Shown here: piece after piece, positions 1-11,543 of the stretch
Layout of the letters: each line of letters starts with the position of its first letter
How positions within the stretch are numbered: position 1 is the stretch's first letter
Origin: Malacoraja senta
Taxonomy: Eukaryota
Reading direction: 5' to 3'
Length of the DNA: 34,104 bases
NCBI GenBank assembly: GCA_038087875.1
Contig: JAXLNO010000365.1
Span: forward strand, 1 to 34,104
The notes under the pieces: model-generated
The model's input: only the letters and a program-made list of their open reading frames with translations
What the model was told of the DNA's origin: nothing
Databases searched by the model: none
Made by a program: the position numbers and the translations under genes

Positions 1-662
1 TAGCAAAAACAGGAAGGCAGATTATTATCTAAATAGTGTCAAATTGGGAAAAAGGGGAGGTACAACGGGATCTAGGGTCCTTGTTCATCAGACAATGAAA
101 GTAAGCATGCAGGGTGCAGCAGGCAGTGGTGAAAGCGAATGGCATGTTGGCCTTCATAATAAGAGGAGTTGAGTATTGGAGCAAAGAGGTCTTTCTGCAG
201 TTGTACAAGGCCCAAGTGAGACCACACCTGGAGTATTGTGTGCTGTTTTGGTCCCCTAATTTGAGGAAGGACATTCTTGCTATTGAGGGAGTACAGCGTA
301 GGTTTACAAGGTTAATTCCCGGGATGGCGGGGACTGTCATATTGCTGAGAGAAATGGAGCGGCTGGGCTTGTATGCTCTGGAATTTAGAAGGATGAGAGG
401 ATATCATTGAAACATATAAGATTATTAAGGATTTGGACACGTTGGAGGCAGATAACATGTTCCCGATGTTGGGGGAAGTCCAGAACCAGGGAACACAGTA
501 TACGAATAAGGGGTAAGCCATTTAGAACGGAGATGAGGAAAACACCTTTTCACATAGAGACTTGTGTGAGACTGTGGAATATCTCTGCCTCAGAGAGCAG
601 TGGAGGCCGGTTCTCTGGATACTTTCAAGAAACAGCATGATAGGGCTCTTAAAGTTAGCGGA
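1..662 (+). mobile_element. CR1-clade LINE (copy C, outermost host), 3' part of RT ORF2, degenerate
   Basis: ORFs 114..410 and 407..640 carry CR1 RT C-terminal motifs ([36 protein letters not shown]). The sequence breaks at ...aaagttagcgga and resumes at 18160 (a gtcaggtgatatggggagaaggcagg). Confidence 0.9.
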
Positions 663-1313
663 AACATAGAAAACATTGAAAATAGGTGCAGGAGGAGGCC
701 ATTCGGCCCTTTGAGCCAGCACCGCCATTCATTGTGATCATGGCTGATTGTCCCCAATCAATAACCCGTTGCCTGCCCTTCTCCCCATAACCCTTGAGTT
801 CCACTTGCCCCTAGTACTCTATCTAACTCTCTCTTAAATCCATCCAGTGACTTGGCCTCCACTGCCCTCTGTGGCAGGGAAATTCCACAACTTCACAACT
901 CTCTGGGTTGAAAACGTTTTTTCTCACCTCAGTCCTAAATGGCTTCCCCTTTATTCTAAGACTGTGGCCCCCTGGTTCTGGACTCGCCCAACATTGGGAA
1001 CATTTTTCCTGCATCTAGCTTGTCCAAGTCCTTTTATAATTTTATATGTTTCTATAAGACCTCCCCCCTCATCCTCCTAAACTCCAGTGAATACAAGCCA
1101 AGTCTTTTCAATCATTCCTCATATGACAGTCCCACCATCCCAGGGATCAATCTCGTGAAACCTGTGCTGCACTGCCTCAATCACAAGGATGTCCTTCCTC
1201 AAATTAGGAGACCAAAACTGGACACAATACTCCAGATGTGGTCTCACACCAGAGCCCTATACAACTGCAGAAGAACCTCTTTACTCCGATACTGAAATCC
1301 TCTTTGTTATGAA
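662..1313 (-). mobile_element. CR1 LINE copy B, 3' end segment
   Basis: Reverse-complement CR1 tail (aaacatagaaaac...aataggtgcagg) plus the RT C-terminus. It ends at ...gttatgaa and continues at 10225 (aaggccaaaattccattagc). Confidence 0.88.
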
Positions 1314-2494
1314 CATAGAAACATAAGAAACATAGAAAATAAGTGCCAGGAGTAGGCCATTCGGCCACTTCGAGCCTGCACCGCCATTCTAATATGATCA
1401 TGGCTGATCATCCAACTCAAGTATCCTGTACCTGCTTTCTCTCCATACCCCCTGATCCCTTTAGCCACAAGGGCCACATCTAACTCCCTCTTAAATATAG
1501 TCAATGAACTGGACTCAACTACATTCTGTGGCAGAGAATTCCAGAGATTTACCACTCTGTGTAAAAAAAGGTTTTTTCTCATCTCAGTCCTAAAAGATTT
1601 CCCCTTTATCCTTAAACTGTGACCCTTTTGTTCTGGATTCCCCCAACAGCAGGAACAATCTTCTCTGCATCTAGCCTGTCCAACCCCTTAAGAATTGTGT
1701 AAGTTTTCTATAAGATCCCCCCTCAATCTTCTAAATTCTAGCGAGTACAAGCCAAGTCTATCCAGTCTTTCTTCATATGAAAGTCCTGACATCCCAGGAA
1801 TCAGTCTGGTGAACCTTCTCTGTACTCCCCTCTATGGCAAGAATGTCCTTCCTCAGATTAGGAGACCAAAACTGTACACAATACTCCAGGTGTTGGTCTC
1901 ACCAAGACCCTGTACAAACTGCAGTAGAACCTCCCTGCTCCTGTACTCAAATCCTTTTGCTATGAATGCTAACATACCATTCGCTTTCTTCACTGCCTGC
2001 TGCAACCTGCATGCCCACTTTCAAATGACTGGTGTACCATGACACCCAGGTCTCGTTGCATCTCCCCTTTTCGTAATCGGTCACCATTCAGGTAATAGTC
2101 TACTTTCCTGTTTTTGCCACCAAAGTGGATAACCTCACATTTATCCACATTATACTGCATCTTGCCATGCATTTGCCCACTCACCCAGCCTATCCAAGTC
2201 ATCTTGCAGCCCTCCTAGCACTCTCCTCACAGCTAACACTGCCCCCCCAGCTTCGTGTCATCCTCAAAACTTGGAGATGTTGGCATTCGATACCCACGTT
2301 CAAAATCATAATATATAATTGTAAATAGCTGGGTGGTCCCAGCACTGAGCCTTGCGGTACCCCGCTAGTCACTGCCTGTCATTCTGAAAAGGGACCAGTT
2401 AACTCCTACTCTTTGCTTCCTGTCTGCCAGCCAGTTCTCTATCCACATCAATACTGAACCCCCAATACCGTGTGCTTTAAGTTTGTATACTAAT
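1311..2494 (-). mobile_element. CR1 LINE copy A, 3' segment (tail plus RT)
   Basis: (catagaaa)n tail at about 1311-1338 and RT motifs (RVVNLWNSLP, MQYNVDKCEVIHFG). Nearly colinear with the 8685-9905 and 32630-33782 copies. Interrupted by DIRS at AAT 2492-2494. Confidence 0.92.
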
Positions 2495-2724
2495 AGTAAG
2501 ATTAAACGAGAACTTACCAGTTTGAAGTTTGATCTTTATTTTATGAGGAGTTACGTTGGTGATTACGTGTAAGAACCCCGTCTGGGCGCATGCGCGTCAA
2601 TCTTCAAAGAGCAGCGGTATGAAATCACAGACAAAACCATAATTGAAGTAACATATTAAGATGATCAACATGAGATACTACCATTATGACCTTTTTTCTA
2701 TGAGAGAGGGTTGGGCGTGGCGGG

Positions 2725-2821
2725 CACGTAATCACCAACGTAACTCCTCATAAAATAAAGATCAAACTTCAAACTGTAAGTTCTCGTTTAATCTTACTAT
2801 TTTACTTCGGAGTCACGTGAG
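2725..2821 (-). repeat. DIRS-A internal complementary region (ICR)
   Basis: 2725-2801 is the reverse complement of the terminus 2492-2569, and 2799-2821 is the reverse complement of the terminus 6845-6867. The two halves share the central ATT. Confidence 0.9.
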
Positions 2822-3705
2822 CGGCTTTTTAATATATGGTCGATGGGGAACGTCCATCGCTCTGCTACTGCTGCTAGTGGAATGAAATGTAAACACATAA
2901 ATGTTAATTCCTGCCTGAACCAACTCTTGCTTTATCCACCTTGAGATAGTCTGAACTGCCACTCTTTTATGTTGGCTTTTCGTAACTGACAAATAATCCT
3001 GTTTCTTCTTGTCTTAAAAGCCCTTGTGGCTTCAATGTAATGTAACAAATTGTGTCCTTACACATAAACATGGAGCTGTAGGATATGCTGAGAAACACAA
3101 TCTTAAAACCTGTCACACCTGGCCTGCTTTGTTTGAGCAGGTCAGAAATATAAAACAGAACATTCTCTGTATTCACTTCCATTCTCTCGAACTGAAGTTT
3201 TTTTGGAAAGTCTGCACTCTCTGTACTGACACCAATGCCATTAGCATAGCCAATTTCATGTTAATTTTAACAAAATTATAGCCGTGACAGGGACCCCAAT
3301 GACGAAGTATGTTACGAACAACGCTTACCTCGCAGATTACCATATACCTAGGCTTAGGCGGTTTGGAATTAGATTCCTTTCATCAACCTAGATATGAGAG
3401 GGTGAGAACCTATACTTTGTGTCCGTGTACCTATTACAAGATATGCGGACAAAGCACTTCTAGCTGTATTGATAGCAGTATAGCTAAGACCTTCATCATA
3501 ATATAGTGTAGATAAACTCTAACACATTTTCAATAACTACAGTATCATATTGAATATTCTTTTGAACACAATATTGTTCCTTTTTTTTTTTTTTTTCATA
3601 AGTCATATACTGTTTTTGAGTACTCTTTCTCCAGACTGCAGCGAGTATATACACCCGTTGGCCTAGAAAGTCCTCGACAATGTAAGGCATTCTTGAAACC
3701 TGCAA
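2822..3705 (-). pseudogene. DIRS-A tyrosine recombinase, frameshifted and 3'-deleted
   Basis: Peptides ENVLFYISDLLKQSRPGVTG and AAVWRKSTQKQY align to the intact YR at 14611-15594. The remnant joins the ICR directly after the MDVP.DHIL region. Confidence 0.85.
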
Positions 3706-5370
3706 ACTAACAGATCCATACCGTCACATAACGGATGAACTTAATGCGTTACTGGATGCTCCAGCAAATTCCTACTGTTTTGGAATCAGCAAAAAGAGTT
3801 TGGATCGCTATCTGTAACATCAAAGGGAACCATGGTTGAATCAGGCAATTTAGGTATCACCATAACCCCTGAAGCGGCATCCTGCTTGATTTTCTCAAAC
3901 ACCGACCTATGAGGCAGAATGGTGGGAAAATGTACACAAACATATCATCCCAATTTAGTGAAAAAGCATCAATTGCCACTGCCCCTGGATCTGGTGCCTA
4001 TGAAACATATTTTGGCCTTCCATATAGAAGTACTATGTTCTTGAACACATCCTGGTTCCACATCCACTCTGTGTTATGATGGAATTTCCGTGAGCTGCCA
4101 TCTGGTACTACATTAAGTTTCCCTGGCAGATAGATAGCTCCAATCCAAATCTCTCTATCCCTACTCCAGGTCCAATTGTATTTGCCAACCTGTCACATGA
4201 TAACGATTTGATTCCACCCATGTGATTCATATCAGCAACTGCTGCAGTGTTGTCTATTTTGCACTGCACATGCAAACTAGTTTAGTTAGTGCCATAAGCC
4301 TTGAGTCCATAAAATACTCTTGGTTAATTCCCCATGTATGCAGAAGCAATGTTCATCTGTCTCCACCGCTGAATCTTGTATCAGTAGCACCCTACCGAAG
4401 TGCTCTGACATCTGTCTGCAAATCATGGAAGCTTGGTCCAATAACACTTTGGAACTACTAGTGGACACATGCTGAATCCACCATTGTACATCAGCAACAG
4501 CCTCTATTGATAGAAGCATAGGTCTATTATAATGACCCCAATGTATCCTCAATGCTTGTCCCTTTGACCTTTGTAATTGTAGATAATAAAGTGGCCATAT
4601 TGAACTGCTGGAAATGCTGCCAGTTCACAATGATGTTGATTAAGTCCATTGTGAACCCAACTAGTCAATTTGTGTCACAGGTATAAATTTAGATTCCTCA
4701 GAATAGGTTATAAAGCCCAATTAAAAATTGGTTTTTACCAACTGCCACTGATGCTTCAGCTGTTTCCTTTGATTGTCCTACAATCAAGATATTATCTAGC
4801 TAAGCCATGAGCACATGACCTTGACTTCTCTTCATGCCTAGAATAGGTTTTAACAACTTTGTAATCCCTCTAGGAGCTGAAGACAAACCATTAGGCAGTG
4901 GATTGTATTGGCATAATTCCCCATCCAGCTGAATTTTAAATCTTCTATCCTGCAAATGAACAGACACTGAATCCGCATCTTTAAGATCTCCTTCACAAAC
5001 GTTTCCATCTTAAAATGTCTATACCCTACAAAAGGGTTAAGCCTATTCAGGTCTGTATAATTCTGCATCCCCCCATCCTTTTTTGGTCTGGGAAAGATAT
5101 TGGACACAAACTGATGGCTTTGGTAAACTGCCTTAGCAATTACACCTTTATTACATAAGCTTGCAAGTTCCAGCTGAACTTCCAATTGTTCAGTGATACT
5201 GAAGTCAAACTCCTTTTTAGGAGCATGTTGCATGGGTAAATCAGAATTTGAATTTAAGCTTTATTCGATGCCCTTGAATAACCTTCAGTATAAACATATC
5301 TGAGGTAAACATTTAATTGTATCACATTAGATCTGTCTACATAAGAACCAGACCCTCTTACCTCCTTACC
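3700..5370 (-). pseudogene. DIRS-A pol (RT / RNase H / methyltransferase-like), degenerate
   Basis: ORF 4850..5233 (HQFVSNIFPRPKKDGG, HFKMETF) and ORF 4286..4552 (DVQWWIQHVS) match DIRS-B pol. Many stops and deletions. Confidence 0.85.
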
Positions 5371-6650
5371 ACCTGGCATTCTTCCCCGGCCTTGAGCTGG
5401 ATATCTCACCTCCGTGGCGGTGCTACAGCCGAACGCCAACTGCGCTGCATCGTAGCTGGACTCGTCCCTTGCCCGGACCAGTCTGCTCCCTTATAGGGAT
5501 ACTTCCGCTTTGGTGAATATGTGGCTGCCGTCTTAGCCTCCTCCACCTGCTGTGCGAAATCCTCGCCAAACAGCTGTGCCAGTTGCACTGTGCCAGGCTG
5601 GCAGAGTGAAGCATATTTAGCATTGATGGTTGGTCTAATCGCATCTTGCGGAGGCAATTGATCTCAAAGTGGGCACTCCACAATAGCGCCTTTTGTTGTA
5701 ATTTGTCATGCCCTCTCCATCCACCATCCTGGCAAAGCTCGTTATACCAGATGCCAGCAACTAAAAATATGCTGGAGCTTCACATGCTCCTGGGCTTTCA
5801 TTAGTATGCCCATCTTACCCCAATTCTTCCTGTTCCCAACAGGAACTTTTAACAGTCCACAGTTGATTGGGGCTTCATACTTCGTTACTATCTCATCCAT
5901 TGTCAGCTCCTGTAGCTGATGTGAGACTTGGTAATTTATGCTGGTGGCAAGTTCCTCACCCAGAGGCTCACCAGCATCCGACGACATGGCAAACCGTGCT
6001 GCACACGGTGTCAGCTCTGACAGCTGCCTGCCCTCCCTTTGGAAGTCGTCGGACTCAGGGTCAGAGCGTATCTGCCCTTCTGCACTCACCTCTTGCAAAG
6101 AGGGTGCTTTCAAGCAGGCCTCTACTAGGCACTGCCAGCGGAGCCGTCCGCACGGCCTCCCGCCTGCACAACTCCTCCTGGAGTATGGCTTTATGAAGCA
6201 GACCTCTCCTAGGCACTGCCAGCGGAGCCTTCCCTAAGGCTTCCCGCCTGCACTACTCCTCCTGGAGTTGTGGCTTTATGAGGCAGACCTCTCCTAGGCA
6301 CTGCCAGCGGAGCCTTCTCTGTGGCTTCCCTCCTGCATTACTCCTCCTGGAGCATCTCTGTGGAGCAGCCCCTGTATGAGCTGCTCCTTTTGGATAACCG
6401 CTGGTGAACGGTATCCTGTCCCCGACGGGACTCTCGTGGCCCGACTCTGCGGAGTCTATAGCCCTGACAGACTTAACTTATACCGACCGCCCGACTGGCG
6501 TTGGCTGTGTACCCGGCTGGGCACTTTGCCAATTCTGTCGCCGCACCGCTACCGGCTTGCGACTCCCCCGAGGTGACAGGCTGCCTTTCAGAGACTGCGT
6601 CCCGCAGCTCTCTCTCTCCTTGTCGGCAGCAGCCTGCACCTTTTCCTTGT
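5371..6650 (-). pseudogene. DIRS-A gag-like ORF1, degenerate
   Basis: EPLGEELATSINY..SHQLQELTMD, HFEINCLRK and AIRPTINAKYASLC match the DIRS-B gag peptides. Confidence 0.8.
6112..6352. repeat. About 84-bp tandem triplication inside DIRS-A gag
   Basis: Units begin at 6112, 6196 and 6281 (a.gcag.cctct.ctaggcactgccagcggagcc...ctcctcctggag). Confidence 0.9.
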
Positions 6651-6864
6651 TCCTGTATATGGGGGGAAAAAACAGACAGAAACAATTTCTTTACTTTTTT
6701 CTAACTCCTCCAAAGTCTCCCCGAGTTTGGTGGAGCTGTATTTACTCATGTTGCAGCAGGAGCTCCGAGCTCCCGCTGCCGTTGTCGCCAATGCGTCAGA
6801 CGTAATGACGCGCATGCGCCCTGACGGGGTTCTTCAGGTAGTCACTCACGTGACTCCGAAGTAA

Positions 6865-8680
6865 AATCTCTTATGAGGGACATTGTCGAAAGCCTTCTGA
6901 AAGTCCAGATACAACACATCCACTGGTTCTCCCCTATCCACTCTACTAGTTACATCCTCGAAAAATTCTATGAGATTCGTCAGACATGATTTACCTTTCA
7001 TAAATCCATGCTGACTTTGTCCAATGATTTCACCATTTTCCAAATGTGCTGCAATCCTATCTTTAATAACTGACTCTAGCAGTTTCCCCACTACCGATGT
7101 TAGACTAACTGGTCTGTAATTCCCCGTTTTCTCACTCCCTCCCTTTCTAAAAAGTGGGGTTACATTAGCTACCCTCCAATCCTCAGGAACCACTCCAGAA
7201 TCTAAAGAGTATTGAAATATTTTCACTAATGCATCCACTATTTCTGGGGCTACTTCCTTAAGTACTCTGGGATGCAGCTTATCTAGCCCTGGGGATTTAT
7301 CGGCCTTTAATCCATTCAATTTACCTAACACCGCTTCCCGGCTAACCTGGATTTCACTCAGTTCCTCCATCTCATTTGACGCCCGGTCCCCTGCTATTTC
7401 CGGCAGATTAATTAAGACTTCCTTAGTGAAGACAGAACCAAAGTAGTTATTCAATTGGTCTGCCATGTCCTTGTTCCCCATGATCAATTCACCTGTTTCT
7501 GACTGCAAGGGACCTCCATTTGTTTTAACTAATCTTTTTCTCTTCACATACCTAGAAAAACTTTTGCAGTCAGTTTTTATGTTCCCTGACAGTTTTCTTT
7601 CATAATCTATTTTCCCTTTCCTAATTAATCCCTTTGTCCTCCTCTGCTGGACTGAATTTCTCCCAGTCCTCTGGTAGGCTGCTTTTTCTGGCTAATTTGT
7701 ATGCTTCATCTTTTGTTTTGATACTAACCCTGATTTCCCTTGTTATCCACGGATGCACTACCTTCCCTGATTTATTCTTTTGCCAAACTGGGATGAACAA
7801 TTGTTGTAATTCATCCATGCAGCCTTTAAATGCCTTCCATTGCATATCCACCGTCAACCCTTTAAGAATCAATTGCCAGTCTATATTGGCCAACTCACGT
7901 CTCATACCCTCAAAGTTACCTTTCTTTATGTTCAGAACCCTTGTTTATGAATTAATTATGTCACTTTCCATCCTAATGAAGAACTCAACCATATTATGGT
8001 CACTCTTGCATATTAAGGTCACTCAACCATATTATGGTCACAAGGGGCCATGCACAACAAGACTGCTAACTAACCCTTCCTCATTACACAATACCCAGTC
8101 TAGAATAGCCTGCTCTCTCGTTGGTTCCTCTACATGTTGGTTTAGAAAACTATCCCGCATACTGTACATTCCAAGAAATCCTCTTCCTCAGCACCCCTGC
8201 CAATTTGATTCACCCAATCTATATGTAGATTGAAGTCACCCATTATAAATGTTTTACCTTTGTTGCCCGCATTTCTAATTTCCTGTTTGATGCCATCCCC
8301 AACTCCACTACCACTGTTAGATGGCCTGTACACAACTCCCACTAGCGTTTTCTGCTCCTTAATGTTTTGTAGCTCTACCCATATCGATTCCATATTCTCC
8401 AAGCTAATGTCCTTCCTTTCCATTGCGTTAATCTCCTCTCTAACCAGCAACACTACCCCACCTCCTTTTCCTTTCGGTCTATCCCTCCTGAATATTGAAT
8501 ATCCCTGGATGTTTAGCTCCCAGCCTTGGTCACCCTGGAGCCATGTCTCTGTGATCCCAACTATATCATAGTCATTAATAGCTATCTGCACATTCAACTC
8601 ATCCACCTTATTACGAATGCTCCTTGCATTGAGATACAAAGCCTTCAGGCTTGTTTTTACAACACTCTTACCCCTTATAC
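6865..8680 (-). mobile_element. CR1 LINE copy A, middle segment (APE endonuclease to RT N-terminus)
   Basis: ORF 6846..7547 (KSPG.D.LHPRVLKE, GNYRPVSLTS, QHGF.KGKSCLTNL, YLDFQKAFD) and ORF 8142..8639 (YLNARS, GITETW, GVVYRP, IMGDFN). Confidence 0.93.
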
Positions 8681-9905
8681 CACTTAAGGGAGAACCAGTG
8701 GATGTGTTACATCTGGACTTTCAGAAGGCTTTCGACAAGGTCCCACGTAAGAGATTAATATACAAACTTAAAGCACACGGTATTGGGGGTTCAGTATTGA
8801 TGTGGATAGAGAACTGGCTGGCAGACAGGAAGCAAAGAGTAGGAGTAAACGGGTCCTTTTCAGAATGGCAGGCAGTGACTAGTGGGGTACCGCAAGGCTC
8901 AGTGCTGGGACCTCAGCTATTTACAACATATATTAATGCTTTGGACGAGGGAATTGAATGCAACATCTCCAAGTTTGCCGATGACACAAAGCTGGGGGGC
9001 AGTGTTAGCTGTGAGGAGGGAGCTAGGAAGCTGCAAGATGACTTGGATAGGCTGGGTGAGTGGGCAAATGCATGGCAGATGCAGTATAATGTGGATAAAT
9101 GTGAGGTTATCCACTTTGTTGGCAAAAACAGGAAAGTAGACTATTACCTGAATGGTGGCCAATTAGGAAAAGGGGAGATGCAACAAGACCTGGGTGTTAT
9201 GGTACACCAGTCATTGAAAGTGGCCATGCAGGTGCAGCAGGAAGTGAAGAAAGCAAATGGTATGTTAGCATTCATAGCAAAAGGATTTGAGTATAGAAGC
9301 AGGGAGGTTCTAATGCAGTTGTACAGGGTCTTGGTGAGACCACACCTGGAGTATTGCGTACAGTTTTGGTCTCCTAATCTGAGGAAGGTTTCCATAGAGG
9401 GAGTACAGAGAAGGTTCACCAGACTGATTCCTGGGATGTCAGGACTTTCATATGAAGAAAGACTGGATAGACTCGGCTTGTACTCGCTGGAATTTAGAAG
9501 GCTGAGGGGGGATCTTATAGAAACTTACAAAATTCTTAAGGGGTTGGACAGGCTAGATGCAGGAAGATTGTTCCCGATGTTGGGGAAGTCCAGGACAAGG
9601 GGTCACAGTTTAAGGATAAAGGGGAAATCTTTTAGGACTGAGATGAGAAAAACATTTTTTACACAGAGAGTGGTGAATCTCTGGAATTCTCTGCCACAGA
9701 ATGTAGTTGAGGCCAGTTCATTGGCTATATTTAAGAGGGAGTTAGATGTGGCCCTTGTGGCTAAAGGGATCAGGGGGTATGGAGAGAAAGCAGGTACGGG
9801 ATACTGAGTTGGATGATCAGCCATGATCATATTGAATGGCGGTGCAGGCTCGAAGGGCCAAATGGCCTACTCCTGCACCTATTTTCTATGTTTCTATGTT
9901 TCTAT
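8681..9905 (+). mobile_element. 5'-truncated CR1 inserted antisense into CR1-A; RT frame open
   Basis: RT motifs (LDFQKAFDKV, GVPQGSVLGP, FADDTKL) open to the stop at 9807, followed by the 3'UTR stem-loop and (ttctatgt)n tail. Host sequence TATAC is duplicated at 8676-8680 and 9905-9909. Confidence 0.92.
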
Positions 9906-10227
9906 ATACAATTATTTTGAAAAATGTCCGTTTTTGATTTTTGCCCTGGATTTGTCTGCCTACCACTTTTACTTTTCACCTTGCTACCTATTGCTTCTAC
10001 CCTCATTTTACACCCATCTGTCTCTCTGCTCACACATTTAAGAAACCCACCACCTCTTATTCTCTGTTTATTATCTTTTTCTTCTTTCCCCCCTACATGT
10101 TGGGTCTGAGTGCTTCCCTTCTCTGCCTCCTGCCTCACACACTGTCTACTAGCTTTCTCTATTTGATTCCCTCCCCCCAACCATTCTAGTTTAAAGACTC
10201 CCCAGTTTAAAGCTCCCCAGTTTAAAG
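9905..10227 (-). mobile_element. CR1 LINE copy A, 5'-most segment (ORF1/ORF2 spacer, truncated at the end of ORF1)
   Basis: Reverse complement matches about 30830-31130 of the + strand copy. It ends in a short tandem repeat at 10188-10227. Confidence 0.88.
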
Positions 10228-11344
10228 GCCAAAATTCCATTAGCTTTCTTCACTGCCTGCTGTACCTGCACGCCAATTTTCAGTGACCGGTGTACAAGGA
10301 CGCCCAGGTCTCGCTGCACCTCCCCCTTGCCTAACCTAACCCCATTGAGATAATAATCTGCCCCCTTGTTTTTGCCGCCAAATTAGATAACCTCACATTT
10401 ATCTATATTATACTGCCTCAGCCACGCATCTGCCCACTCACTCAACCTGTCCAGGTCTTCCTGCAAACTCCTAACATCCTCTTCACAGTTCACACTGCCA
10501 CCCAGCTCTGTGTCATCTGCAAACTTGCTAGTGTTGCTCCCAATTCCCTCTTCCAAGTCATTAATATATATGGTAAACAGTTGCGGCCCCAACACCGAGC
10601 CTTGCGGCACTCCACTCGCCACTGCCTGCCATTCTGAAAAGGACCTGTTCACTCCTACTCTTTGCTTCCTGTCTACCAACCAATTTTCTATCCATGTCAA
10701 CACCCTACCCCCAATACCATGTGCTCTAATTTTATTCACCAGTCTCCCATGCGGGACCTTATCAAAGGCTTTCTGAAAGTCTAGATACACTACATCCTCT
10801 GGCACCCCTTCATCCATTTTACTTGTCACATCCTCAAAAAATTCCAGAAGATGTTAAGCATGATTTCCCTTTCTTAAATCCATGTTTTTTGTTGTTGTAT
10901 TTTTATTAGAAGCAATGTACAGTAGTATAGACCCATAACTCCATGTTGACTTGGACTAATCCATTTACTGCTATCCAAATACCCCATTATTACCTCTTTA
11001 ATAATTGACTCCAGCATCTTTCCCACCACCGAAGTCAGGCTAACTGGTCAGTAATTCCCCGTTTTCTCTCTCGCTCCTTTCTTGAAAAGTGGGATAACAT
11101 TAGCTCTCCTCCAATCCACAGGAACTGATCCAGAATCGACCGAACAATGGAAAATAATCACCAATGCTTCCACTATTTCTAGAGCCACCTCCCTGAGGAC
11201 CCTGGGATGCAGACCTTCAGGCCCAGGGGATTTATCATCCTTCAGTCCCATTAGCCTACCCAAAACTATTTCTCGCCTAATGAAAATTTCTTTCAGTTCC
11301 TCTACCCCCTTAGATCCTCTGTCCTCCAGTACATCTGGAAGATT
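10225..11344 (-). mobile_element. CR1 LINE copy B, RT segment
   Basis: ORFs 10383..10829 (YLDFQKAFD, GVPQGSVLGP, FADDT) and 11048..11263 (KSPGP.GLHPRVL). Confidence 0.92.
10879..10947 (-). mobile_element. 53-bp retroposed 3' fragment with poly(A) signal, A-rich tail and 8-bp TSD
   Basis: TCCATGTT occurs at 10879-10886 and 10940-10947. The insert on the minus strand reads ...cttctAATAAAaatacaacaacaaaa. Confidence 0.7.
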
Positions 11345-11543
11345 TTACTTCGGAGTCACGTGACTGATTCCGTGAAGAACCCCGCCCTTCGGCATGCGCG
11401 TCATTACGTCTGACGCATGCGACAAGTTTGGAGGTGCAGCGCTCCTCCAGCGGTAAGTTTAAAAAGCCTCAGGTAAGTGTCAAACTTAGTCGGAGGTCAT
11501 TTCTGCGCTTGTTAAATCTTGTTTCAGGAGGGCAAGTCCAAGC

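Larger units (their letters stand above)
2492..6867 (-). mobile_element. DIRS1-like tyrosine-recombinase retrotransposon, decayed copy (DIRS-A)
   Basis: Same termini as 11342-16109 in reverse orientation. Inverted repeat 2571-2599/6806-6834 matches 28/29, ICR at 2725-2821, and remnant gag, RT, RNase H, MT and YR peptides are present. The flanks rejoin to continuous CR1 sequence (gtttgtatact-AAT-ctcttatg). Confidence 0.93.

Noticed and set aside
7634..8571. Long + strand ORFs 7634..8233 and 8230..8571, and similar antisense ORFs elsewhere
   Set aside because: They are antisense shadows of CR1 ORF2 with no recognisable motifs.
8617..9807. 396-aa ORF as a stand-alone gene
   Set aside because: It is a chimera of antisense host CR1 (first about 22 codons) and a truncated CR1 RT.
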